DNA of 59,187 nt, filler included, from Sphacelaria rigidula (lineage: Eukaryota): the NCBI GenBank assembly GCA_964200075.2. It is 9 parts of 9 records of this genome, joined end to end, with 100 filler letters (N's around TTAATTAATTAA, not from the genome) between each part and the next. Parts side by side here need not be neighbours in the genome. Positions count along the whole stretch, not along the records: positions 1 to 6,488 come from CAXNAA020019785.1; positions 6,589 to 13,076 come from CAXNAA020019786.1; 7 more parts are not named here. One strand, given 5' to 3'. Positions within the stretch are counted from its first letter, which is position 1. Each line of letters begins with the position of its first letter. Made by a program: the position numbers and the translations under genes. Below the pieces are notes generated by a model. The model saw only the letters and a program-made list of their open reading frames with translations. It did not search any database and was not told the origin of the DNA. Below, piece after piece: positions 1 to 11,502 of this stretch.

Positions 1-81
1 GGCAGTCGATAGAGCGCTGGCAAGGGGAGTCGCCCTCCTCGGAGTGAAAGTGACGGGGATTGAACCCCCACGACTAACTTT

Positions 82-175
82 TGTGACGGTTTGAAAGACT
101 ACCAACTAGACTACTGACAGTAGTCTAGTTGGTAGCTTGTCAGTAGTCTAGTTGGTAGTCTCTTAAACCGTCACA
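82..175. repeat. Short nested palindrome (micro-MITE-like hairpin)
   Basis: TGTGACGGTTT-GAAAGACTACCAACTAGACTACTGACA pairs with TGTCAGTAGTCTAGTTGGTAGTCTC-TTAAACCGTCACA. An extra copy of GTAGTCTAGTTGGTAG sits in the loop. Confidence 0.8.
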
Positions 176-1036
176 GACCACACTATTTACACAATACCCA
201 TGTCGAAGTGACTTTCCCCACGTGAGTCCGACTATTATGCACAAAAGTGCTCACCAATGATCGCGGGCAGGTCCCTAAAAATCTCAATACGAGTATAGGT
301 GAATCGCCTATCGATAGAATAGCGCGAGTCGGCCGGTAAATACACTCCACCTCTCTCGAAACCTCCCGTCACCTACGGTGGCAACAGAGAGAGAACGGGG
401 CGTTCTCTTTCATTTTCTCTCCTTCACGAAATTCAACCTCAACACTGCCGTCTCTTGGAAACGTCCACTTAGGAGCTAGGGGAGCGACGGCAAGCTAGAA
501 TACCTGTGCAGCATTATTGCGAGCGCCATAAATTTGACGCTGTCTAGGCGACTTGATGCAGCAGAAACGTTCTTCAGAGCACAACTCCAGCAATGGTATA
601 CACCCTCCCTAGTGATCTTGCTAATTTCGAATATGTGGCGTGCCTCCAAGAGCAATATTGCAGGCGCAGTTGTAGTACAGTACATTGCGGCTGAAGGCTA
701 ACACTAACACTGACAGGTGTTCGTTCGTCATTTTCACCTGTGTACCAGAAAACTGACCGGTGTCCGGGTTTATCCGGATGGGGTATAGCCCGTGAGGAAC
801 CTTTTTCCTTGAAAGAAAATCGAAAACTTGGGTAACCTGATTCCGCGAGAGAAGATGGGCAGTACGGAGGAAGGCGGTACGAGCATTTTATTAGGGACTT
901 ACAGATATGTGCATTATTCAGGAAGCTCGGTGTTCATAGATAGAAGAGCGGCGGTTGATGCGCCGAATATTCTTTTACTGTACCAAGCATTCATCGCACC
1001 AAGCATGAACGCGTTGCTTTTATTTCAATGTAGAGT

Positions 1037-1474
1037 AGCCGATCATGGAAATTGAGGATGGAGCTTTTCATTGAGGATGAGAACCCAGACAATTAAAATC
1101 TTCGTATCCACACCAAATCTTCAAAATATGATTTCATTCCTTCGCCTACTGGTAGCTATCGATAGCTGTTACATGCCATACAAATTGTGATCTCGATAAC
1201 CGAAATGCTGGGGTCCTAGGTGAAAAACCAATTTCGGGGGATTTCGGCGATCCGATCGGATCACCTGCATTCCCCAATATTATTTCTTCATCTAGGACCC
1301 CAAACATTTGGTTATCGAAATCCAAATTTTCTGGGCGTGTAGCAGTTGACAATAGCAACTAGTAGGTGAAGGAATTAAACCATATTTCGAAGATTTGGTG
1401 TGGATACGAAGATTTTAATTCTCCGGGTTCTCATCCTTAATGGAGAGCTCAATCCTCCATTTCGATGGTCGGCT
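1037..1474. mobile_element. Foldback (whole-length palindromic) MITE, family A copy 1
   Basis: GGATGAGAACCC...ATTAAAATCTTCGTATCCACACCAAATCTTC is mirrored by GAAGATTTGGTGTGGATACGAAGATTTTAAT...GGGTTCTCATCC. A second copy lies at 54936-55366. Confidence 0.85.
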
Positions 1475-3526
1475 GTTACAGGCTATTATTTTGTATATTT
1501 TGGGCCAGAGGAACCCTATCTTTGTCTTTTCTACCCCGACGACAGGAATCTGGATTCGTCAACTTACCCAACTCAAAACCCCGCATGCAATAGAGAATGT
1601 TATTCCACCTACGGGTGACACACACTGTGAAGTACGACAGTATCACATGTTACAATATATACGCCTCCTGCGGGATGCGTTTCTTTTACCCAAGAACTCA
1701 TCATTCATTCCGGGGTAGTATTTACGGGGGGGGAGGGGAGGGGTATGCTATGTACCATGGTACAGCGCTATAGATACCGGTGACCGTGCCCAAAATACTG
1801 ACACCTTGTCACCTGGGGTTGGTATCCGGGGAGGGGGGGAATTACATGTGCGGGTGATATTCGTTGTATTGTGCGGTAGCACATGGTTCATACAAGTACT
1901 GGTAGCCGCTATCTCGCCCCCTCATCCACCCCCTCCCGGAGCTCCTCCGGCACGCTCACTCTAGTAACTGACCTTTTCGGCATAGCGATCGTCCCCCAGA
2001 GCCCGGCTCAGGTATCGAAACTCCAGCTGCCAGGCAGAAAACAGATGATGGGATGGTGGAGACGGCAGAAAGAATGACTAGCTCAGGAAAAAAAGGGTAT
2101 TGGATGTCGCTAGCGAAACTAAACAAAGTTGGTGAACGCCGACGAACTGCGAAGGGATTGCTGATCCATTATACCCCATAATAAAACTTCCATAGGCGAA
2201 TAGAGGGGCAGAGGCGGTTGCTCCCACGGGACAATGGACTCTTCCATAGGAGGGCCCGAGGGGGGGGGGGGGGGGGGATGGGGGATGGGGGGGGGAGAGT
2301 CAGAAGCACGACAAAAACTTATATGAAATAAGGCCATAACCCCCTCCATTACAGCTTGTCATCGTCGCCGTGCGATCAAGCAGTCGCATCGTACTACACT
2401 TGACTAGTCCATCCGTGTGAATCGTGGAGATTCACATTTCTCAGGTGAAGCCACCGCGGCGACTATTCTGGGTGACACCGCCAACTTGAAATTTTCGCTC
2501 AATCTAACCACTGGCCACCAATCATGGCCATGACAGCGCAGATGAATAGCGTCTAGATACGCCGGACGACGCGGCGGCACTCCGCGGCGAACGCATCGTC
2601 ACGCAGAAGAGAAGATTCGAAAACCGACCCCCTCACCGGAGCGACCGATGTGTCATTTTCCTCCCAGAGTACCACGAGCGAATGTCAATACTGTCGGGGG
2701 GAAAGGCCCACCGAATCAAATGCAACCCATACCGAGACGGGAGAGGTGTACTTCACGTCACCTACTATTGTGAGCATGAACTACAACCCTGAGCCGTGAG
2801 ACAGGCGTGAATATAATACCTGCAGAGTGCCGAGCTCGGAAAGAATGCTACTGCTCCCGCTTGTTTCACCCGACGTCAGGTGCACCTGAATCGTTTGACC
2901 CGTTCGACGGGGGAAGCAAGAAGTGACAAATGGGGAATTGGTATACACACGACGAGAACCGGTCGGGCAGGTTGGGTGATATACGCGCATTGCCGGTTTG
3001 CTCCGCGCTGTCCCCGCGGCCATTGAGGTGCCGCTACAACACCGTACCGAGGCGGTTGCGACAATACTCGAAACTGGCGAAGATAATCTGACGCCATCAT
3101 CAACTGTACAGGAGAAGGCTCTGCGGTACACGACGTGAGTCCCACATACACACGTGGTGTGCTACGATGGAGCATGAAAGTGGGCCAAAAGGTGTATTTG
3201 AAAACCACATCAAAACTTAGTGTCTCATGCACGTGTCTTTGAATGGCGGGCCGCGCCTGTACTTACATCCAGTTCAACATCGATCAGTCGAAACAACCGC
3301 GTTCTCATCTTCTAAATACCTACCGCTGAAGTGTTGCCTCCCTGTTACAGGATAAGAGGAGGTTCGAGAGAAGTGGAAAGAACCAGTGTTCATATAACCG
3401 TTTTTCCTGTGTGTGTGGGGGGGGGGGGGGGGGGGAAATTCAAATCACGGGGACGTGTGGGGGGGAAGACAAAGTGACGAACGGGTTGAATGGNNNNNNN
3501 NNNGTGGTGATGTGGGGGGGGGGGGT

Positions 3527-3557
<31 letters not shown>

Positions 3558-3607
3558 TTCAAGTCACGGTGACGCTTGTGGGAGAAGACAAAGTGTCTAT
3601 GTGCTTT

Positions 3608-4000
3608 GACTGACTGATTGAGTGATTGTCGCACGTTAACGTTAACTGATTCCCCAGGGACCCATCGGTGGTCGTATGGTAGACGTACGCGAGATAAACA
3701 CACAATGGAAACACTCGCTGAAGAAAAGTGAAGAAAACAACAGAAAAGGTAGAACAGACAGAGTAGACTATGAAAAGAGAAAAACGAGGAAATTAGAAAG
3801 CAAAAACGGAGACAGAACACCCCTGCTGATGGCCGGCCTCTGCGACATGGTGGCTTCGGTGGAAATGGTCTTGCGCAGAAACTACACCAACACCAAGAAA
3901 AATCCGTGGGAACTGGTTGCCGCTCATTTAATTCGGTCTGAATATTGTGGATGCGAAGGTTTAAACCCATTCATGAACCCTACGGAAGGGAGGCACCAAA
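3608..4000 (-). mobile_element. SINE or LINE-3'-end retroposon with (AATC)n tail, copy 1
   Basis: Homologous to 52872-53428 (+), 51153-51240 (-) and the tail at 54217-54276. The minus strand ends ...CCCTGGGGAATCAGTTAA...TGCGACAATCACTCAATCAGTCA. Confidence 0.7.
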
Positions 4001-4319
4001 CCTCTACTTGAATACATCACACACCACACCAGGAGAAAATAACACACGGATATAGCATCGACATGGGAACGGGAAGAGGAAGTACAAAATAATGAGCCTA
4101 TAGATGTGGTGAAAGCCCAAGCACACAGTACAGTAGAGCACGTACAAACACACACCTTCCAGAGTGTACCGCATAACCGCCGACCAAGGACAGGATCAAC
4201 AACCGTAGGGAAAGACAGGGGTGTATCACTTCCCGTGTTGACCCAAGTTCTCGTATTTATCCCTAGTCGGGTACAAAATGGGTCATTCTCTCGGTCATCT
4301 CCATCTTTGATACCTTGTG

Positions 4320-5470
4320 AGCTGTTACTGTTGTTATGCTAGCGAGGACAGTTCTACGATTGGCAACCCTCGACGCAGCGGCCTCTCGTTATTGACGGCG
4401 GTCCGATACTCGTTTGTCCGCGCGTCGCCACGTACCCTCGAACTCATCCGCCCCTTCCTCGACTCCAAGATGTCATTTGCCCATGTTCTTCGCCGCAGTG
4501 ACCCAGTGGTGTGCGTCGTTGACCTCTACACCGTAGACAAACCATCTCCGTCCCGCTCCGTTGTGTGGAGTAGCCCCTAGTGCATGTACGTTCTTCTGGA
4601 AGTTGTCTCCCTATTGCTTGGGGGGGCGGTCAGCCTCCTTGGGCCCTTGTGCGGCTAACCGTCCGTGAATGATGCATTCGGGAAGGCGTGTTTTCTTCTG
4701 CCGGACAAGGGCTCCCACGAACCAGAGTTGACGTTTGCGGATAGCCGTCTCGATACGTTTGCAATCGGTCGTCTCGAGCACAGCTCCGTACGAAAGAGTG
4801 TTGTAGCCGGTTCGATCTTTCCTGCGGAATCCAACCATCCGTAGCAAAAGCTTCTGATGGGCAGTGTCCAGGCTGTCGAAGTCCCGAGAACGTGACGCCT
4901 ATGGGTCACGTCCATACAACAGAGCTTCCACCACCTCGGCCTTAAGCAGCCAGGCTTTCAAGGATAGCTGGATGCCCCATAGGTCGATCGCAGAGTTAGG
5001 AACCCTACTTTTGGAGACGTACCCACGCCGCGCTGATGCGGCGATGGATTTTGATGAACATATTCGCATCCGCGCTCACAGCACCCACTAAGGTAGCCAA
5101 ACTTGGCCGTCTGTTATACCGTTGACCGACCGCGCTGGTGTGCAGGGCGGTATCTGTGTAGCTGGATCCTGACCATAGGCGCATGGATTCTGTCTTGCTC
5201 TGCGATATCATCGATCTGAAGTCCTAGTACGTCACCACTACCGCGGCCATCATTCTAGCAAGTTCGTCTGGAGTCCTCGAGGCTGTGTCGGCACCGTCCG
5301 GAAAAAACGTTACCCACACCGCGCGCCGTACCTTCTTCTGCAGCATCTCTTCCCAAAGTTCAACATCGTCATATTTCGGCGCATCGTTTAGAAAAGCGAA
5401 GTCTGAGATAATGACTGGGTCCGCCGCGAACCGCTGTGTGTGCAAGTGCCGAAACGTTGCGCACTGATGT
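4320..5470 (-). mobile_element. Degenerate RTE-like LINE reverse transcriptase fragment (frameshifted)
   Basis: Minus-strand peptides ADTASRTPDELARMM (decayed YADD region), IHRRISAAW, LKAWLLKAEVVEALLYG and IETAIRKRQLWFVGALVRQ..RLP match RTE-clade C-terminal motifs. Boundaries approximate. Confidence 0.75.
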
Positions 5471-6488
5471 ACCCCCCTTTTTTCTCGTAGAGTAAAGGAC
5501 ACCTTTCTACAAAATTGGTGGCAGCGTCTTGAGGTCCGCAAGAAATATCGTGTTCGTCTCACCGTAGACAGCTGTACAGGAGACTTGGAACGAAGCCGCC
5601 AAACAATAGGATCATTGGAAACAGTTACCGGTACACTACCGTCCAAGGGCGTGTCAAAGCTGTAGCTGCAGCGCCTGTCTTCTTCTTCCTCCGCCGAGTG
5701 CACTATAGAGTTCGGTCAAAGGAAATCCTAAGCTTCTGCGCACGATCCCCCGTAGAAAGCACGGGAATCCCGCAACACTTGGGAAAAATAATCAAGTTAA
5801 TAAATTTGTTCCCGGACTCACGATGAGTGATGAGGTGCTGCCTTTGTGCACGCCGCGTGTATCGCTTTCCAAACTTGAATTCTCCCGAAAAAGACATACT
5901 CAAAGACCTGAAAACATTTTCCAGTTGTTTTGGCCTGACGAGTACAAAAGGCTGCAGACAAAATCCCATGAACAGCAGCAAAATAACGTACTGTAGCTGA
6001 GAACTGTGTAATTATCCCCTTTCCTTCCCTCCTGTTAGGAGTCGACGTAAAACAAAGTCCAAAATATGGGACTGTAAACTGGCTGCTTAGGCCAGTTAAA
6101 TTTAAAGTGGCCGCTGGCGCGGCCAGTATATCGATTGCTTCCCAGTTAATCGGATGACTGGAAAACAATCGGCGGCGAGCGGCGAAGCCGCTCGCCAACG
6201 CCCCCCACCCGGCTGGAAAAAGGGGCCCGCGGGAGCGCCGCCGGAGGCGAGAAAATTGCGTTATTTGGCTTGTTTCTTCTACAAAAATGTGGAAAACTGT
6301 ATAAAATGTGACCCCTCACATTGGGGAGCTAAAAGCCTTGGATGACACAGGAGTGATCAAAATCAAACACCGAGACGTCATGTATCCCCCCCCCCTCCGG
6401 CGGTCGTGGGATTTTTGTTTTTTGTCATATTATGAAACACTCAATAAATAGCTATTTTTGGGCGACTTGAGGGAGGAAGCGCGCGTGA

Positions 6489-6588
6489 NNNNNNNNNNNN
6501 NNNNNNNNNNNNNNNNNNNNNNNNNNNNNNNNTTAATTAATTAANNNNNNNNNNNNNNNNNNNNNNNNNNNNNNNNNNNNNNNNNNNN
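6489..6588. other. Artificial contig linker N44-TTAATTAATTAA-N44 (also 13077-13176, 19665-19764, 26253-26352, 32840-32939, 39427-39526, 46014-46113, 52601-52700)
   Basis: Eight identical 100-bp spacers carry six-frame stop codons. The contigs between them are 6488 bp four times, then 6487 bp five times, so they are size-sorted. Confidence 0.98.
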
Positions 6589-6769
6589 GTGCTGCGAAGG
6601 AAATAAAAAATTACCGTCTGTTGGCGGTAAATTACCGAGGAGTACCCTGAAAAAAATAGAAAAAAAAATACAAAATTGAACAAAAAATTGAAGAAAAAAA
6701 AAGAAAAAATTGAAGAAAAATTGAAAAACATGAAGAAAAAAAACGAAGAACGTTTGTTTCATCATGCAC

Positions 6770-7234
6770 TAGCGATTCTGTACATGAAATTTCAAAGCAT
6801 AGCTCTCAAAGACTGAGACGCAAAATCCAGATGTAGTGATTGAGTGCCTCTGCTCGAACTATATTGATTGTAGTATAGAACCTTATGCGCGCCATATCTG
6901 GAAACAGATAGCGAATTAGGCAGAAGTGAGCATATCGATCATTTGCCCGTGCTCCAGGGAATGTTCACACCAGAAATCGTCACCATCCGCTGTATATATC
7001 GTTCCGGGTTTCATATAGAATTTAGTATAAAGGCCATCTCCGTACGGTATAGTAATTATAGTACTTGCCATGGGATTTATTCAACTAGAAAAAATCGACC
7101 CACCCTTTGGAGCAGATGGACACCTTCCCCATGATCAGACGATCAATACGATATGCGGACCACGGCCCGACTCGTTCGCGTCGATGAGATGTTGGTTTGA
7201 GAGCTTGAATCCATTTCTTGGCCGGCCCAGCTCA
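6770..7234. mobile_element. Partial Tc1/mariner-type non-autonomous element (family B), truncated towards the contig start
   Basis: Collinear with 22880-23336. Ends GGCCGGCCCAGCTCA followed by TA. Confidence 0.75.
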
Positions 7235-7867
7235 TACACAACCAGGGGGAAATAGGCATTACAGTACATTCACGACTTCTCTCGTTTTATTTCTTCATGC
7301 AAATAGCGGTGCAGCGTTGTCAGTATAAGGTGCAGAGGTTGTGCAAACCAGCAAACCAGACTTAGTTCCTGGCACGGCACAATCTCGCTTCAGTATGTCG
7401 ATGTGCCTGCTACAAAACTCAGGAACGCACTGATGGTTCACATTCCAACCTCTAACGCCGATTGCGGTCGTCGTCACGGTCGCGCTTGTTTTCCCGTCGC
7501 AGCACTGGTGTGTACTTATGCTGGTGTGTTGTTTGATCGTCATGGGGCTGGCAGGGCGACGACTGCCGCTTCTTCTGATACCACGGCTCCCGGGAATGCT
7601 GCGTACCGGCGGCACGGCAAAGTTTGCCCCCGACGTTGTATTATTTTAGTTGGGCGATGACGCAAAATTTGTGGCACGACTCACCGGAAACTGTTGGACA
7701 GTTCGCTGTTAGTTTAGGCGAAAGCTTGGAGGCGTTGGAGGCGTCACCCCCAGCAAGAGGTCTCCCCAGGCGAGTCATTTAACCGGTGAAGCAATTGCCC
7801 GGGATTTACCCTTCGTGGGTATCCCGTATGGAGTGTATCGTTTGCCGGTCGTTGAAGAAGACTACCA

Positions 7868-8148
7868 TTGTGCGTCATCGATTCTGACAAGATACTGAGT
7901 CTCGAGGAGGTGGAGTGTGGGGACACAATAGGCCGCCAGCTAAGTTCGCAGTGGAGCAGAGCAGGAGCGTGTTTGGTTTTAATTGGTGCATTCCACCGTA
8001 CGATACTTCGAGGAAGACATGGACCTGTCAATGTCATGCCTGTGATGCTGACCCTTGAGAATGCTGAAACCAAAAGAGACAGCGTCGCTGGCTCTGCACA
8101 CCGCTATGCCGCGTCGAATATGCTTGTGAATCACGCAACTTACCCCAA
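7868..8148 (+). CDS. Putative exon upstream of the TTLL-like exon (5' boundary uncertain)
   Basis: Open frame ends ...NHATYP-AA|gt. Phase 2 is compatible with the acceptor at 8417 (AA+G = Lys). Confidence 0.3.
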
Positions 8149-8416
8149 GTGATGAATGTGTCACATATAACGGCATATACTTCTTATCGTACATTTGCCT
8201 TGAGTGGGAGGTCGTCGAAGTATCCACATGTCGCTGAATATTGATAACGAGAGCATTCTACTTGCTTGTTTTGAATTGTCTCGGGCGACGTCTGTGAGTG
8301 CCTCCTTCGGGCAACAGTGTGGTCACAACACCCTCTTTTTGCTTTTCTGCCGTGAGTTATCTCATTACCGCTGTCAAATTTTCGCTGTCGCGCATGGAGC
8401 GGTGGTGCCTCCATAG

Positions 8417-8540
8417 GTACAAGTTCTGGTTGCCCTTGCCGTTCCTAGCGAGCGAAAGAAAAGCACACTGCGTTCTAGGGCGAACGGCAAGCCTTACCGC
8501 TGCTGTAAGAGAAGTACTTGAATCGCGAGGGTGGTTAGAG
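8417..8540 (+). CDS. Internal exon, possibly the N-terminal region of a tubulin-tyrosine ligase-like (TTLL) protein
   Basis: ccatag|G TAC...GAG|gtgag. Peptide YKFWLPLPFLASERKAHCVLGRTASLTAAVREVLESRGWLE; VREVLESRGWLE resembles the TTLL VxxVLxxRGWxE motif. Confidence 0.45.
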
Positions 8541-10786
8541 GTGAGATTGAGTATTCAACCGCGATCATCGTAAGTTTACCATTGCCATTTCGTTCCGACA
8601 CTCAGGTTGCTAAAATATCAACGACCGGTTGGAAAGATTCCGTTTCCCAGAGAAACGACAGCGCAATGGTGTCCTGATTGTACCCTTTGAGCATCTAAGT
8701 GTATGCACCGGTCGAATCGACACCATCCATTCGTACTTGGAAAATGACCGTCGAACCCATGTTCCCATCTGTCAGTGTGCGGGTGGGTAATACACATTTT
8801 TTGTCTACCAATCTTTGACGAGCTAATACGGGGACAAATCGCGGGCTTTTGGGCATGTCCATGACTCACTCATGCGTGAGGAGCAGCCATGCGTTTGCTC
8901 ACAAGGTCGATGAGTAACGAACAAGTTGGCTCAAGCGTAACCTCGACAAAACCGTGTTTTTGTCTGCTCTAGGGCACCGCGACTATCTTCTTATGATCAA
9001 CCTGTAAGACAATATTTTGGCTTGAATTGATGATATTGCTCAACCACGGCGATAGCAGTAGTTCCTTCAGTGGACTATTTCCTGTCGGCGAATCGTTGTA
9101 ATGTGCGCGCACTGTCCAGATTAATTGACAAAGGTTGCCAGCGAAGTGGGCGCTGGGTATAGCCGACGGCATGCACCACGGGCCAGGCCCTACGTGGATG
9201 GTGGCCTAATTTTTGGCGCATCACATTTGCCACAGTGACGCGTGGCCTTCAGGGACGGCCGTTCTTCCAAGTGACGAGGACTGTTGAGGAGTACTGAGCA
9301 TGAGCATCGATAAAATATTACCTGCTTTCCGTTGTTCTTGATATATTTTACCCACGATAGTGTGGCGCTTGTGCTTATATTCTCAGCACTTTGAGGTATT
9401 ATCGGCAACGGTCTGAGGGCGGTTCTTCGATTGAAGCGTTAGTCGCAGTGTGGCGGCAGTGATGAGCACCCAGTAAGGAAAATGTCGGGTAAAGGGTATC
9501 TTGTAGATTAGGAAGCCCCTTGCTTCGTGAACAGGACGCGAGTAGCTTGGAGCAAGGTTGGTAGTACACCGCTGGAGTATCCAACTCAACATGCCAACAT
9601 CTCATGAGGGGATATCATCTTTCATAATGGTAATGCCCCACCCTCCGCATGCGGGAGTTTTAGTTACATCCCTCGTGTTTTTATCGTAACTCCTGGCGTT
9701 CATTTCATGGGCATCGTAAAAGCACAGCAACACCCGGAAGACACGCGCACAGTTCCCAGCCATCGTCCAAGCCATCGCTCGGTGCGAAAGGCGCCGTAGC
9801 GGACGACAAACGCACTCCGGTATTCACCACGTTATGGTGCTCCATACATTAACTGCGTATCACCTGCATGTACTGACAAATAGTTGAAATATCAAACCTT
9901 CAAGTATTGAATCGCGTTGACACGACAACAACAGCAGCGGTATCTCGCAGGAACGCAGCTACGTTGTTACGGCTACGACTTGTAGTGTATGGGCTCGGTG
10001 CTCGGTGTGGGAGGACCCAGTACGTGTGCATGCTTTTGGTAGCGGCAGCATCGCAGACAATGAAGAGTGCAACACCCACGCAATCAGGTGGCCGCTGGCA
10101 CACGCTACTCGCACTGCTTTGACGATATACACAGGGTATAGGCAGCTTGACGGTGAGACTACAGTATTTACCAGATTATACACGTACACGTTGCCATCCT
10201 GATTCGCGTTGTACCTCATAGACGTCATGAGCCTGGCTATATCTTGTGACTAGTGCTACCAACCTGAGACCCTTTCTCGGTACATTACCTACGCTCGTGT
10301 AACTCGAGTCTTACGACATGCTGAGAGGCTTCTGCTGGCGACAGTAAATGTCAGATATCATGCGGATCAGAAATCCTTCATCATGTGCTGGTGGCGGGTC
10401 AATGCACGTATACCGTGTTAAGCTTGTTCGAAAAGATTTAAATGCGAAGTGCCGATCTTCCCTAGGTTGTGTTCTGCAGGATCGATGTTCTGTCGGGTAT
10501 AACCCGGGTATTACCCGTACTCTTCCTTGAGTTCTTTAAGACTCACTACGAGTACCCGATAGATTTGTGAGAACCGGACGAAAATGTTGTTGTCACCCGA
10601 GGTATGGGTATGTCGTTGTAAATATCCCCGGTTATGCGGGTATTGAGGGTATCCGTACAACTTTTGTACCGTATCGAACAAGCTCTGTGAGATATTTCCA
10701 AGACTTTGACACCGTTGCCCGACATTTCTGTAGCTTCTGCAAGGAACCCCATACCCTCCTGAAAATATCCGTACCCTACAGAAAGT

Positions 10787-11142
10787 TGTTCAAGAAGCGA
10801 ACAGTTTACCCAATGAACCAGTGAGCGCTCACTGAACCAAAGATATTCGGTTCGAATTCCGGCATGATCGATTGTGGAAGGAATGAGTTTGACGTGTGGA
10901 CAGTGAGCGCTCACTGGTAGCTCAATGGTCGAACGTTCGCTTCCTGCACGAACGATATGGAGTTCGAGACTCAGCATGATCAAATGCGGAGGGAAGGAAT
11001 TTGAAATGTGGACAGTGAGGCTTGCGAGGGGCAAGAGGCCCCGGAGATCCCTGATGTGTCATGCCGGGATGGACCACGCAGCATATCTTTTGTTCAGTGA
11101 GCGCGCACTGGTTCAATGGGTAAACTGTTCGCTTCTTGAACA
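10787..11142. mobile_element. MITE with TGT...ACA termini, ~80-bp terminal inverted repeats (TIRs) and a 5-bp TSD (Ginger-like)
   Basis: AAAGT|TGTTCAAGAAGCGAACAGTTTACCCAATGAACCAGTG ... CACTGGTTCAATGGGTAAACTGTTCGCTTCTTGAACA|AAAGT. Confidence 0.8.
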
Positions 11143-11198
11143 AAAGTGACCTTGATTATTTTCCCCCTTGCTCTCCAACCGCTCTCAGGAGAATCCTA

Positions 11199-11498
11199 GG
11201 GGCGTGTACTCGTGGTATTGTATAGTTATATGATCATTGACTCCGCATCCCTACAAAGCCGGGATGGGGCACGTCAGATTTTCGCCGAATCAGGCTCGTA
11301 CTCAACCAGCGCGAAGGGCCGTCATGTGTTCGGCGAGTCGCATGAGAGGTGAGCTGCATCCTGCTAAGATTGTTCAGCCCGGAGCGTTCCGATCGTCTTG
11401 CATATGCATTACAGCCTACAATGAGGTGCTTCACTTTCTGATATTATCACTTCCAGAGACAGCCACGGCTCACACACTGCCTCATGAGTGTCTCACCA
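11199..11498 (-). mobile_element. Poly(C)-bounded Penelope-like non-autonomous retroelement, truncated copy
   Basis: Contains CCCTACAAAGCCGGGA...GCATGAGAGGTGAGCTGCATCCTGCT...CCAGAGACAGCCACGG, homologous to 51940-52512. Confidence 0.7.
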
Positions 11499-11502
11499 GG
11501 GC

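Noticed and set aside
2500..3300. Possible decayed Gypsy integrase region
   Set aside because: Only vague peptide resemblance across stops and frameshifts, with no diagnostic motif or LTR.
5701..6488. CACTA element starting CACTATAGAG
   Set aside because: The other end is lost at the contig break, so neither TIR nor TSD can be confirmed.
6533..6544. TTAATTAATTAA recurring every ~6.6 kb as a periodic motif
   Set aside because: It is an assembly linker with six-frame stops embedded in Ns.
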